This document shows positions 56,761-64,000 of a stretch of 64,000 bases of DNA, piece after piece. Position 1 is the stretch's first letter, and each line of letters begins with the position of its first letter. The DNA lies in the IMG/VR virus record IMGVR_UViG_3300036770_003943, positions 124,001 through 188,000 of that record; one strand, 5' to 3'. Below the pieces are notes generated by a model that made no database searches, was not told the origin of the DNA, and was given only the letters and a program-made list of their open reading frames with translations. A program made the position numbers and the translations under genes.

Positions 56761-56956
56761 TTTTAGTATCGGCTTTTTTGCTATCTGCTTTGGCAGCTTC
56801 TTTCTTAGCAGGTTTTTCTACTTTTGGCATTTCCTTTGGAGTAGCGGGTGCTTCAACTTTAGCTGGAGCTACAGCTTTTTCGTCTTTCTTAGCGTCGGCG
56901 GCATAGACTGAAGTAGCCAAGGCAGCCGTAATTACTAGAGCGATAAATGATTTCAT
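56690..56956 (-). CDS. Secreted/periplasmic low-complexity Ala/Lys/Pro-rich protein
   Basis: Signal peptide MKSFIALVITAALATSVYA|AD; AGGAG SD; TAAATA at 57006-57011 upstream. Confidence 0.75.
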   Translation of the reverse strand: MKSFIALVITAALATSVYAADAKKDEKAVAPAKVEAPATPKEMPKVEKPAKKEAAKADSKKADTKSDAKAPAAAPAKDEKKPAETAKK

Positions 56957-57024
56957 ATTAATCTCCTATAAATTCGAAATCTAAGCAAAATTAACTTGCT
57001 TACTATATTTAACGCCTTAGGAGC

Positions 57025-57744
57025 CTAAACAGTTGACAAACTTGGTAAACCTGTAAAGATATTGTCAACCTGTCGCATTTTTGCCGCCATGGTCTGGCTG
57101 GTTATGTGTATCAATAAGGCTCTTCTATTTTGATTGGTTATATTTGGCATAGTGCTGTGTAGAAGTTTTGGATGATATACTAATACATCTCCAGGTCCTA
57201 TACTTGGTTGTATCATGTCTTTTAAAAAGATATCATTATATAAACCCTTATAGCTATCCGCAACTATCCAAGTTTTTCGATGGCTCCCTGGAAGAATACC
57301 AGTGCCTCCATTGAATTTGGTAAATTCACACAAAGGTAATATACACTGTAGGCCTAATAATTCTTCGCTAGCGTGCCATTCTTTGAACCTATAAGGACTG
57401 TCGATATGTGGTTTAATGTACTTATTTTTTGGGGTATTGGATATTATGTCAGCAACATAAACACAAGGATCATCGAACAAATCACCTAAAGTATTAATTA
57501 AAAGATTTGAAATTTGCTGAACCTGTACCCAATGAGTCAACTGTTGACTCCACCAAAGAGCCAATTCAGGGCAGGTTTCGATTACATTTTGGTTAAAGTA
57601 TTTGTTATCTACACCATGCCCACGTTGAGGAATCAATTCTGCTTGTCTTCGATCCAAGCTATAAATTAAAGAGGGATCAATTAGATCCCTGAAAATTATA
57701 TATCCTTGTGAAAAGAAAATATCTTTTAACTCTTGTTGGCCCAT
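57025..57744 (-). CDS. PhyH-like 2-oxoglutarate/Fe(II) dioxygenase
   Basis: PHIDSPY (HxD), GGTGILPGSH, PGDVLVYHPKLLHSTMPN...RRAL. Confidence 0.85.
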   Translation of the reverse strand: MGQQELKDIFFSQGYIIFRDLIDPSLIYSLDRRQAELIPQRGHGVDNKYFNQNVIETCPELALWWSQQLTHWVQVQQISNLLINTLGDLFDDPCVYVADIISNTPKNKYIKPHIDSPYRFKEWHASEELLGLQCILPLCEFTKFNGGTGILPGSHRKTWIVADSYKGLYNDIFLKDMIQPSIGPGDVLVYHPKLLHSTMPNITNQNRRALLIHITSQTMAAKMRQVDNIFTGLPSLSTV

Positions 57745-58061
57745 AAGTTAATGTCACCTTGATAAAGACTAAATTCGAAAGCGTCCATTTCGTTGAACAA
57801 TACTAGTTTTGTATTACTTAGATAATAAGGCCATGTCATACGTTGATCTAGCATAACCAATGCTTTGTTTTTCACTACGGTGCCTTTTTGAATACGTACA
57901 ACATAGATAGTCCATATTTTTTGAGCTAATTCGTAGCCCAGTCTGGTAAACCGTGTTCCTTTTGGATTTTTGAATACACTGAAAAATTCCAATGGTTTTT
58001 CACTGTGTTTACCTAGTTCGCTTAACACAAGATCACTTATCTGATTTTTTGATAATGTCAT
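57726..58061 (-). CDS. Hypothetical protein (111 aa)
   Basis: ORF coupled in the operon. Confidence 0.7.
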   Translation of the reverse strand: MTLSKNQISDLVLSELGKHSEKPLEFFSVFKNPKGTRFTRLGYELAQKIWTIYVVRIQKGTVVKNKALVMLDQRMTWPYYLSNTKLVLFNEMDAFEFSLYQGDINLWANKS

Positions 58062-58350
58062 GCTCTTTTACAGGCACGCCGGATCTAAGTTCAACCACTG
58101 TGAAATCACTACACTTGAATAATAAGTTTAGCTTTTCCATTAGATTAAAAGCATGTCCAGGATTGCTAAAGCTAACTTTTTTGTATTTTGGCCCTGGATA
58201 ATCCTGTAGACTATTTAGATGTGTGCGTAGATTAAAAGGCTTGTTTTTGTAAAACACAGCATAGATGGCATCGGCCTCCAATATCTCTTCGCTTTTGAAG
58301 GTAGTCGAATCAACGTGAGTTAGTAAGATTGTAGGTTTCGGCCTTGCCAT
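58033..58350 (-). CDS. Hypothetical protein (105 aa, MARPKP start)
   Basis: GGAG SD and a late-type motif upstream. Confidence 0.75.
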   Translation of the reverse strand: MARPKPTILLTHVDSTTFKSEEILEADAIYAVFYKNKPFNLRTHLNSLQDYPGPKYKKVSFSNPGHAFNLMEKLNLLFKCSDFTVVELRSGVPVKEHDIIKKSDK

Positions 58351-58366
58351 GTGTATCTCCCTAGTT

Positions 58367-58372
58367 TATTTA
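58367..58372 (-). promoter_or_regulatory. Putative late promoter (ATAAATAAACTAG)
   Basis: Identical 13-mer to the site at 51101-51113. Confidence 0.5.
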
Positions 58373-58397
58373 TCAGAGATACACATTAAATACCGTT

Positions 58398-58865
58398 TTA
58401 ATCTTCTATGATATCGCCGTCTTTCTTTTGATTTAGGACAACTTTAAGATCCATTTTAGTTTTATACGGACCGACATGTTGATTAGTTTTAATGGTACTT
58501 AGCCTGGGGCATAGGCTACATACCCAACCATTCTTAAATTTTAATCCGTACCAACCTGCCACATGAGTGCTTTTGCTAGCGGCTTTTTTAGTAAATGTTG
58601 GATAGCCTTCGATTTCTTTTACATTAAAAACTTCTTCTTGATCAGTAGGATAGCCCATAACTTCAAGATGTCCGCCATGAGTATAGTCTCTTACTACGAT
58701 TTCTATGCCAAGATTTTTAAGTTCTTTAGTATCTCTGGCTAGATAATCTTTACGTTTAAGACTGATAACATAATTGTCATCTTTGAAATTCATCATACCT
58801 ACACGTTTGGCATTTTCTTCTAAGATCCAGAATTTATCTTTTATTACATTTTTTGCTAAAATCAT
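58398..58865 (-). CDS. Hypothetical protein (155 aa)
   Basis: ORF coupled to RNase H. Confidence 0.7.
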   Translation of the reverse strand: MILAKNVIKDKFWILEENAKRVGMMNFKDDNYVISLKRKDYLARDTKELKNLGIEIVVRDYTHGGHLEVMGYPTDQEEVFNVKEIEGYPTFTKKAASKSTHVAGWYGLKFKNGWVCSLCPRLSTIKTNQHVGPYKTKMDLKVVLNQKKDGDIIED

Positions 58866-59851
58866 TTATAGCTTGCTCCTAAATAGTCACTATGTTCAGT
58901 CATTTTGTCCGCAATATTAGTTAGTTGAAATTTTCCACAAAACCTAACAAAATGTAAACCAACCTGACTTATTCTTTCTTTTTGACTGGCTGTTGTAATA
59001 ACAGTATCAAGTGCTAGTTTAATATCTTCTGGCTGTTCTGTCAAGTCGATTAGTGTTTTATTGAACTGATATCTGTCACGAACTCTATGTTCTTCACCAT
59101 TATGATCAACCCAACGCTGTAACATCATATTATTCCAGTTATAGCCTTTGGAATTTCGATCAGCGAAGGCTTCGCGTAGACCAACTTTGTTTTTAGTACC
59201 TTTTTCACGCACACCTGGAAAAGCACTAAAAATATTATCTGTACTATCTCCACGCATACATTTTTCAAATAGTAGCCAAGCCGGATCTGGAGCAGGTAAT
59301 GGTTCTTTAGTTTTTTTATCTACTACAGCACGACCCTTTTCGTCAAATACACCTTCTACTGTGATTAGTTGTTTAGTAATACCATTAAACTGCCTAACAT
59401 TAGGTGCCAGTAATTGATAGAAATCACTATCGCTGCTAACAATAACATGATTATCATTAGGATGATTTTGTATCCAGCGAGCAATGAAATCATCTGCTTC
59501 ACAGCGTTCATGCCGTAATACTGTACAGTTAGTCTTGTCGGAAAAATAGTTTTTTAGTTCATCAAAGGCTTGCCAAAAAACTCGATCCTCTTCAGCTTCT
59601 TTAGGACTAAGAGCAGCACGAGCATCTTGACGATTACGTTTATATCCTTCGTAAACATCCTTTCGCCAACTACGCCCTTCTAAACAGATAACAACATGAC
59701 TGCCTTTAAAGTCACGCCATACCTTGTTAATACTGTTAAACATAATGTGATAGGCCATGCCTACTTTGGTTTCAGGATCTTCCCCTCGCACAACATGTCT
59801 GGCACGAAAGAACAGGTTAGCGGCGTCAACTAGTAGATACATTTTAGTCAT
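58862..59851 (-). CDS. rnh: T4 RNase H-like 5'-3' exonuclease (FEN family)
   Basis: LVDAAN, EADD, IVSSDSDFYQL, GDSTDNI motifs. Confidence 0.92.
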   Translation of the reverse strand: MTKMYLLVDAANLFFRARHVVRGEDPETKVGMAYHIMFNSINKVWRDFKGSHVVICLEGRSWRKDVYEGYKRNRQDARAALSPKEAEEDRVFWQAFDELKNYFSDKTNCTVLRHERCEADDFIARWIQNHPNDNHVIVSSDSDFYQLLAPNVRQFNGITKQLITVEGVFDEKGRAVVDKKTKEPLPAPDPAWLLFEKCMRGDSTDNIFSAFPGVREKGTKNKVGLREAFADRNSKGYNWNNMMLQRWVDHNGEEHRVRDRYQFNKTLIDLTEQPEDIKLALDTVITTASQKERISQVGLHFVRFCGKFQLTNIADKMTEHSDYLGASYK

Positions 59852-60056
59852 TTAAATAAGATTCAATTAATTTTTGGTCAATCTGTTCGCGAAATACTGA
59901 ATTAAATTCCTGTAACAGGCTCATCCACTCCGTATATTCTCTTACTGTAAATAGGAATTCTTCCCAATCATTGTTTTCTTGCGTTTTATATGAAACTAAT
60001 ATATGATCGGAGCCAACCCAATTTACACGAAAGCTCCAGCGTAGTTTACTGGTCAT
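59844..60056 (-). CDS. Hypothetical protein; start at MTSKLR
   Basis: The later ATG reduces overlap with the upstream ORF. Confidence 0.6.
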   Translation of the reverse strand: MTSKLRWSFRVNWVGSDHILVSYKTQENNDWEEFLFTVREYTEWMSLLQEFNSVFREQIDQKLIESYLND

Positions 60057-60372
60057 CGGATTTTTTGTCAACTTTTTTACGTCGTTTTGGTAAAATGTCC
60101 GCATCAGCTACGAATTTGCTTTCTTCGTCTATCTGTGCTCCTATATTTTTACAAAGATCTGTAAACCAACGATCCACTATTTCTTCGTCGTTTTTTCCGC
60201 TATAGCCATGGGTTTTTAGAAACTCAATGAAAGCATTGTTCCATTCTAATTCCATAAAGCCTTGTCTTGGATTGTTTTCATCAAAATCGGTATTGATTAC
60301 GTTAACCCAAGGTTCATTAGACTCTTTGGGATTTTTTGTTTTGCTGAATAGTTTTTTAATTTTTTCTAACAT
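60046..60372 (-). CDS. Hypothetical protein (108 aa)
   Basis: EPWV.V...G..ELEWN..F...GY.G..DEEIVD.WF pattern. Confidence 0.7.
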   Translation of the reverse strand: MLEKIKKLFSKTKNPKESNEPWVNVINTDFDENNPRQGFMELEWNNAFIEFLKTHGYSGKNDEEIVDRWFTDLCKNIGAQIDEESKFVADADILPKRRKKVDKKSDDQ

Positions 60373-60373
60373 A

Positions 60374-60667
60374 TTATTTCATTGTTTTAGCATGTGTGCT
60401 TAGGACTGCTGCAAGTTTTTCTGTAGTTTTCTTGTCCAACAATATTTCTTGGAAAGCACCATAATCACACTGATGACCTAGAATATACTTGACAGCATAT
60501 TGTACTCTATTCCAAAATTTCTTTTTTGATAAATGAATGTTCACGTATATATGATCATTCCATCCAGGATCTGGGTCGTAGTTTATTACAAATTGATGTT
60601 CAAGACTACCGCAATCACAGACAAATAGTTTATTTTCCACTACATTTTCCAAAAGTTGTTTTGCCAT
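60374..60667 (-). CDS. Hypothetical protein; start at MAKQLL
   Basis: CDCGSLEH Cys/His motif. Confidence 0.6.
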   Translation of the reverse strand: MAKQLLENVVENKLFVCDCGSLEHQFVINYDPDPGWNDHIYVNIHLSKKKFWNRVQYAVKYILGHQCDYGAFQEILLDKKTTEKLAAVLSTHAKTMK

Positions 60668-60833
60668 CCTGACAAAGTAACACATACTCTACACCAGCAG
60701 CACCACCCACATATTCTTTTTCTGTTCGAGGAGTTTCGGTTCTATCAATCCTGGTCCAATCTGCTCTTAGAGCCTGCGATGATACCATGATGATAAATGC
60801 TGCTAGTAATATGTTAGTATAAGTTCTGAACAT
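60630..60833 (-). CDS. Small exported hypothetical protein; start at MFRTYT
   Basis: TAATG coupling to queE; hydrophobic N-terminus. Confidence 0.5.
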   Translation of the reverse strand: MFRTYTNILLAAFIIMVSSQALRADWTRIDRTETPRTEKEYVGGAAGVEYVLLCQDGKTTFGKCSGK

Positions 60834-61687
60834 TATTTGCCCCAACCATTGCTCCAAATATCTACATGAAGTCTTGGACTGTAACGATAGCCACGCTCTA
60901 GAGCCATATCTGCTACCTGCTTGTTATTAGCAAAATAACTTTCATCGGTGCCACCAATACTCATAACATATATTTGTCCACGAAAACCTTCATGCCGATA
61001 TTCTTGGACTACTTGATCTACTTCATCAAAATCTTCCTTAGTGCTAACAACAAATTTAAGATAAACATGACCTACGTCTTGATAATCAATAATTATACTA
61101 GGCTTAATTGCCTGTTCTTTTGTTTCACCACTGCTACTGAGTTTCGGGCTGACACTAAATGTAATATTATCTTTGTTTAAGTGACATTGATTTTTGAGAT
61201 AATCTTTAAAATCTTTATGTAGCAACTGGGTACCATTAGTTTCGAATGTTAAGTTAGATAAGTCACGCATAGCAGCATGGCTTAACAGCTCGGGATATAA
61301 GTATTGCCATGCCAACAAAGGTTCGCCGCCAGTGATAACAAGATGAACGTCATTGCCATTATCTTGAACCCAACGGTGATTGGGTGTAAGTTTAAGCATG
61401 GCGCTAATACTTTCTTCTATAGTGTATCGAGGACTAAATTTTCTAAAGTTTGGATGCCAGCTAGCATAACTATCACATCCATGTTTTACCAAAGGTAAAT
61501 CCATAAAATTAGCATATTTACTAGGATCAATTTCATCAGGCTCTGTAGTTTTTTGTCCTCGAGGCAAGCCAAAACCCGCACACTGGAAATTACAGCCAAA
61601 TGTTCTAAAAAACACACTGGGAACTCCTGTAAATCGTCCTTCTCCCTGTGCGCTGTAAAAAATTTCACTTACTTTAAACGTTTCCAA
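60833..61687 (-). CDS. queE: 7-carboxy-7-deazaguanine synthase (radical SAM) with an expanded Cys motif
   Basis: SEIFYSAQGEGRFTGVPSVFFRTFGCN, ITGGEP, FETNG, SVSPKL, YSPRLH. Confidence 0.88.
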   Translation of the reverse strand: METFKVSEIFYSAQGEGRFTGVPSVFFRTFGCNFQCAGFGLPRGQKTTEPDEIDPSKYANFMDLPLVKHGCDSYASWHPNFRKFSPRYTIEESISAMLKLTPNHRWVQDNGNDVHLVITGGEPLLAWQYLYPELLSHAAMRDLSNLTFETNGTQLLHKDFKDYLKNQCHLNKDNITFSVSPKLSSSGETKEQAIKPSIIIDYQDVGHVYLKFVVSTKEDFDEVDQVVQEYRHEGFRGQIYVMSIGGTDESYFANNKQVADMALERGYRYSPRLHVDIWSNGWGK

Positions 61688-61904
61688 ATCTTATTCCACT
61701 CCTAATTTTATCACCATACTTGAGTCTAAGTAGACACTCAAACTCTGTATCAATTGGGCCTTCTAGAGCATACCATTCTTCGGACTCCGGCGGACTCCAG
61801 GTGTCATACAATACTCTGATTTTAACATCAGGATAATTGTCTGTCAACCAGTATTCTAATTGTTTACTTTCCCAAAAGTTAAGAGTCAGAAGTATTTGAC
61901 TCAT
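61674..61904 (-). CDS. Hypothetical protein; start at MSQILL
   Basis: The later ATG reduces overlap with the HIT gene. Confidence 0.55.
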   Translation of the reverse strand: MSQILLTLNFWESKQLEYWLTDNYPDVKIRVLYDTWSPPESEEWYALEGPIDTEFECLLRLKYGDKIRSGIRFGNV

Positions 61905-62313
61905 ATTGTGTATAGTCACCTTTTCCTGGTATGACATGCCGTACTCCACCTTTTGGATTTTCGCAATCACCATTTTTTCTTAAAATAAGATGTATATGCG
62001 GCCACATCACAGTTTGTCCAGCCGCTTCGCCATAGTTTATGCCAACATTGAAACCATCGCAGTGTTCTTCATCTACCATTTGTACTCCTTGTCGCACCGC
62101 AGCAATTAAACATTCAGCCACATCATCCATATCATTGGTTTTTGGTACGTACAAGTAATGACCAGCAGCACTTACAGGAAAACTATCTTTATAGACAACC
62201 ATACTGCCATTGTCTTTAATTGGATCCCGCCAGGGATAATTTTCTGGAATATAGTTTTCCACACCATACTTAATGATAACTTCTGATTGTTTACCGGCTC
62301 GTTTTCTTTTCAT
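61879..62313 (-). CDS. HIT-family nucleotide hydrolase
   Basis: DSFPVSAGHYLYVP, GFNVGIN.GEAAGQTV.WPHIHLI; first triad His replaced by Trp. Confidence 0.9.
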   Translation of the reverse strand: MKRKRAGKQSEVIIKYGVENYIPENYPWRDPIKDNGSMVVYKDSFPVSAAGHYLYVPKTNDMDDVAECLIAAVRQGVQMVDEEHCDGFNVGINYGEAAGQTVMWPHIHLILRKNGDCENPKGGVRHVIPGKGDYTQYESNTSDS

Positions 62314-62887
62314 TCTTTTTCCCTACAAATGGTTCTTCCCATGGAAACACTACCCATGGATCAACAAGAGGATCCTTATTGTGTATGGTATAATCAACTT
62401 TACGTTGAAAAAAACTAGCCGGATTATTCCATAGCGTAGCAAATCGAACATTATCGTTCCAAACGTCATTCCACCTAGGATTACTAGGAAGAGTTTGCTC
62501 AGGTAAGTTTTCAATTATGTAATTAAACGTAGCACCACTGTCGTTGATGTCATCACAAATCAGTATTTTTTTACTGCGCTTCTTGTAATCCGCTCGATAT
62601 GAACTGTTGTTATGCGACAACTGAGTATCTTCAACATGAGCATTGTACCAACCAAAAGCGTCATCTGCTATAGTTTTATCCATATCAATACGCACATGAT
62701 CTCGCAGACTAATTGATATTACCCTTAAAGGTATGTCCATATAATTACTCAAACTTACTCCTAGGGGTAATCCACCTCGAGTTATTCCAACTAGATAATC
62801 TGGAATCCATTTACTTTTAGTGATTTGATTAAACAGTTTAACAACGTCTTTATCAAAATCTTTCCATGTGTAATAAATTTTATTCAC
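62291..62887 (-). CDS. Type I phosphoribosyltransferase (Gpt/Hpt-like); probable GTG start at 62887
   Basis: LVGITRGGL and PRPP-binding ILICDDINDSGAT; ends WVVFPWE. Confidence 0.88.
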   Translation of the reverse strand: MNKIYYTWKDFDKDVVKLFNQITKSKWIPDYLVGITRGGLPLGVSLSNYMDIPLRVISISLRDHVRIDMDKTIADDAFGWYNAHVEDTQLSHNNSSYRADYKKRSKKILICDDINDSGATFNYIIENLPEQTLPSNPRWNDVWNDNVRFATLWNNPASFFQRKVDYTIHNKDPLVDPWVVFPWEEPFVGKKNEKKTSR

Positions 62888-63245
62888 TTTTCTTTTTTTT
62901 AGCCTTAGATGGTTCGCTAGTAATGATAGCGCCTTCGTATCCTGGGTGATAGGGAGCTTCTTCAACTAATTTGCTACGTTTATGTTCTTCTATCGCCTGC
63001 TCTACATTCGTAGCCAACTTGTCCCAATCAATAGTAAGATCAACTCGTCCGTCACTGTAAACAGTGCGTACACTATAGTTGCCAATATGTACGCCTGGTT
63101 CTTCGGGCTTAATGTCAAACAACTTAGTTTCTTTCTTTATGCCCTTAGGTTTGACTGCGGAGTCTTTTAATTTTTTTACTGTCTTTTTAGACAAAGCACC
63201 ATCATCCTTGGGATATGCTGGTTTGGTAGATTTTTTAGTTGCCAT
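62880..63245 (-). CDS. Hypothetical protein with Lys-rich termini (121 aa)
   Basis: AAGGA SD. Confidence 0.65.
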   Translation of the reverse strand: MATKKSTKPAYPKDDGALSKKTVKKLKDSAVKPKGIKKETKLFDIKPEEPGVHIGNYSVRTVYSDGRVDLTIDWDKLATNVEQAIEEHKRSKLVEEAPYHPGYEGAIITSEPSKAKKKKSE

Positions 63246-63253
63246 ACTTTTCC

Positions 63254-63493
63254 TTATTCAATGTATTTTTCTGCTTCTTCAGATTTGGTTTTTAATAAGT
63301 AATTGTTGTTAATTCTTTTATTAAATTCATCAGGTATGCTAAGTAAGTCTTTAATTTGAATTTGCTGTTCTTCTGATAGTAAAGGCATTATTTCTGATGC
63401 GGTAAGCCATACAAGTCGTTCAAGTCTAGTACGCTCATAAGTGTTACTAAATCCAGCTCGATATATTAATTTTTCTAATCGATTGTTATTCAT
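63254..63493 (-). CDS. Hypothetical protein (79 aa)
   Basis: ORF coupled in the operon. Confidence 0.6.
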   Translation of the reverse strand: MNNNRLEKLIYRAGFSNTYERTRLERLVWLTASEIMPLLSEEQQIQIKDLLSIPDEFNKRINNNYLLKTKSEEAEKYIE

Positions 63494-63842
63494 TTTTAAG
63501 TGAATCCATTAACCAAGAATGAGCAAACTCAGTTACATCGGGCATTTTTTTAGACAACTCTTTATCATTGGCTATATTAATTGCCATAATTTTCATGATC
63601 TTAACTACTCTGAACAAATCGTCAATTTTAATAATTTGTCCTTGATGCTCTAGTGTACCATTAGAATTTACCTTTAGTACCGCCTCTCCTGCCGATGATG
63701 TAACTGCTAGGAGGGCTGTGTTTGCTGTTATTGTACCGTTATTTACATTGGTTAGAGTGGTATTTGTATGACTTAGTGTACCACCAGATCCACCAGATCC
63801 AGTAACTACATTATGAACTATAAAAGGTTTATGAGTAGTCAT
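63486..63842 (-). CDS. Hypothetical protein (118 aa)
   Basis: ORF coupled in the operon. Confidence 0.6.
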   Translation of the reverse strand: MTTHKPFIVHNVVTGSGGSGGTLSHTNTTLTNVNNGTITANTALLAVTSSAGEAVLKVNSNGTLEHQGQIIKIDDLFRVVKIMKIMAINIANDKELSKKMPDVTEFAHSWLMDSLKNE

Positions 63843-64000
63843 GTGATTGAATAATACTAGTGACAGATATTAGTGTGGGTTTTATGTTGCTATCTCGACC
63901 TACCGTTAGTTGTATAATGACATCATGATCATGTAAGCTAGACATGATACCGTTAGCTTCCTCGAGCTTTGTTTTTAGTTGACTCACTAAATCAGATACT
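63829..64000 (-). CDS. 3' end of a hypothetical gene entering from the right edge
   Basis: Open frame ...VSDLVSQLKTKLEEANGIMSSLHDHDVIIQLTVGRDSNIKPTLISVTSIIQSHDYS*. Confidence 0.55.
   Translation of the reverse strand, partial: VSDLVSQLKTKLEEANGIMSSLHDHDVIIQLTVGRDSNIKPTLISVTSIIQSHDYS

Noticed and set aside
1629-63312. The many 60-190 aa ORFs in the track lying antisense to or inside long genes (e.g. 1629..1904, 11446..12021, 13757..13969, 17434..17694, 47161..47469, 52699..53028, 56591..56911)
   Set aside because: They are shadows of motif-bearing genes on the other strand or frame, with no SD, promoter or recognisable motif.

Overview
This window is a gene-dense, AT-rich segment of a large (jumbo-type) myophage genome with T4-like core genes. 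No host-type operons, rRNA, tRNA or CRISPR array were recognised. From left to right it holds: (1) gp46/gp47 (Rad50/Mre11-like) and a gp55-like late sigma factor on the minus strand; (2) a plus-strand baseplate/tail region (gp48/54-like, gp53/LysM-like, M23 peptidase, hub, gp5-like spike, gp25, gp6, a 2868-aa protein, fibre proteins), interrupted by a mostly minus-strand accessory block (MazG-like, DNA ligase, HNH); (3) directly after the fibre genes, a ~20 kb cluster of nine radical-SAM enzymes, six glycosyltransferase-like proteins, a methyltransferase, a nitroreductase-like protein and an SDR; (4) a minus-strand early/middle region with ThyX, a MoxR AAA/vWA pair, many small genes behind near-consensus sigma70 promoters, a PhyH-like dioxygenase, RNase H, QueE, HIT and a PRTase. 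The best candidate for an undescribed system is the radical-SAM/glycosyltransferase cluster. It is preceded by the same TAAATA motif as the virion genes and lies next to a virion protein with a (Gly-Tyr)8 insertion, which suggests post-translational tailoring of the virion. All calls come from motif recognition by eye; no database searches were run.
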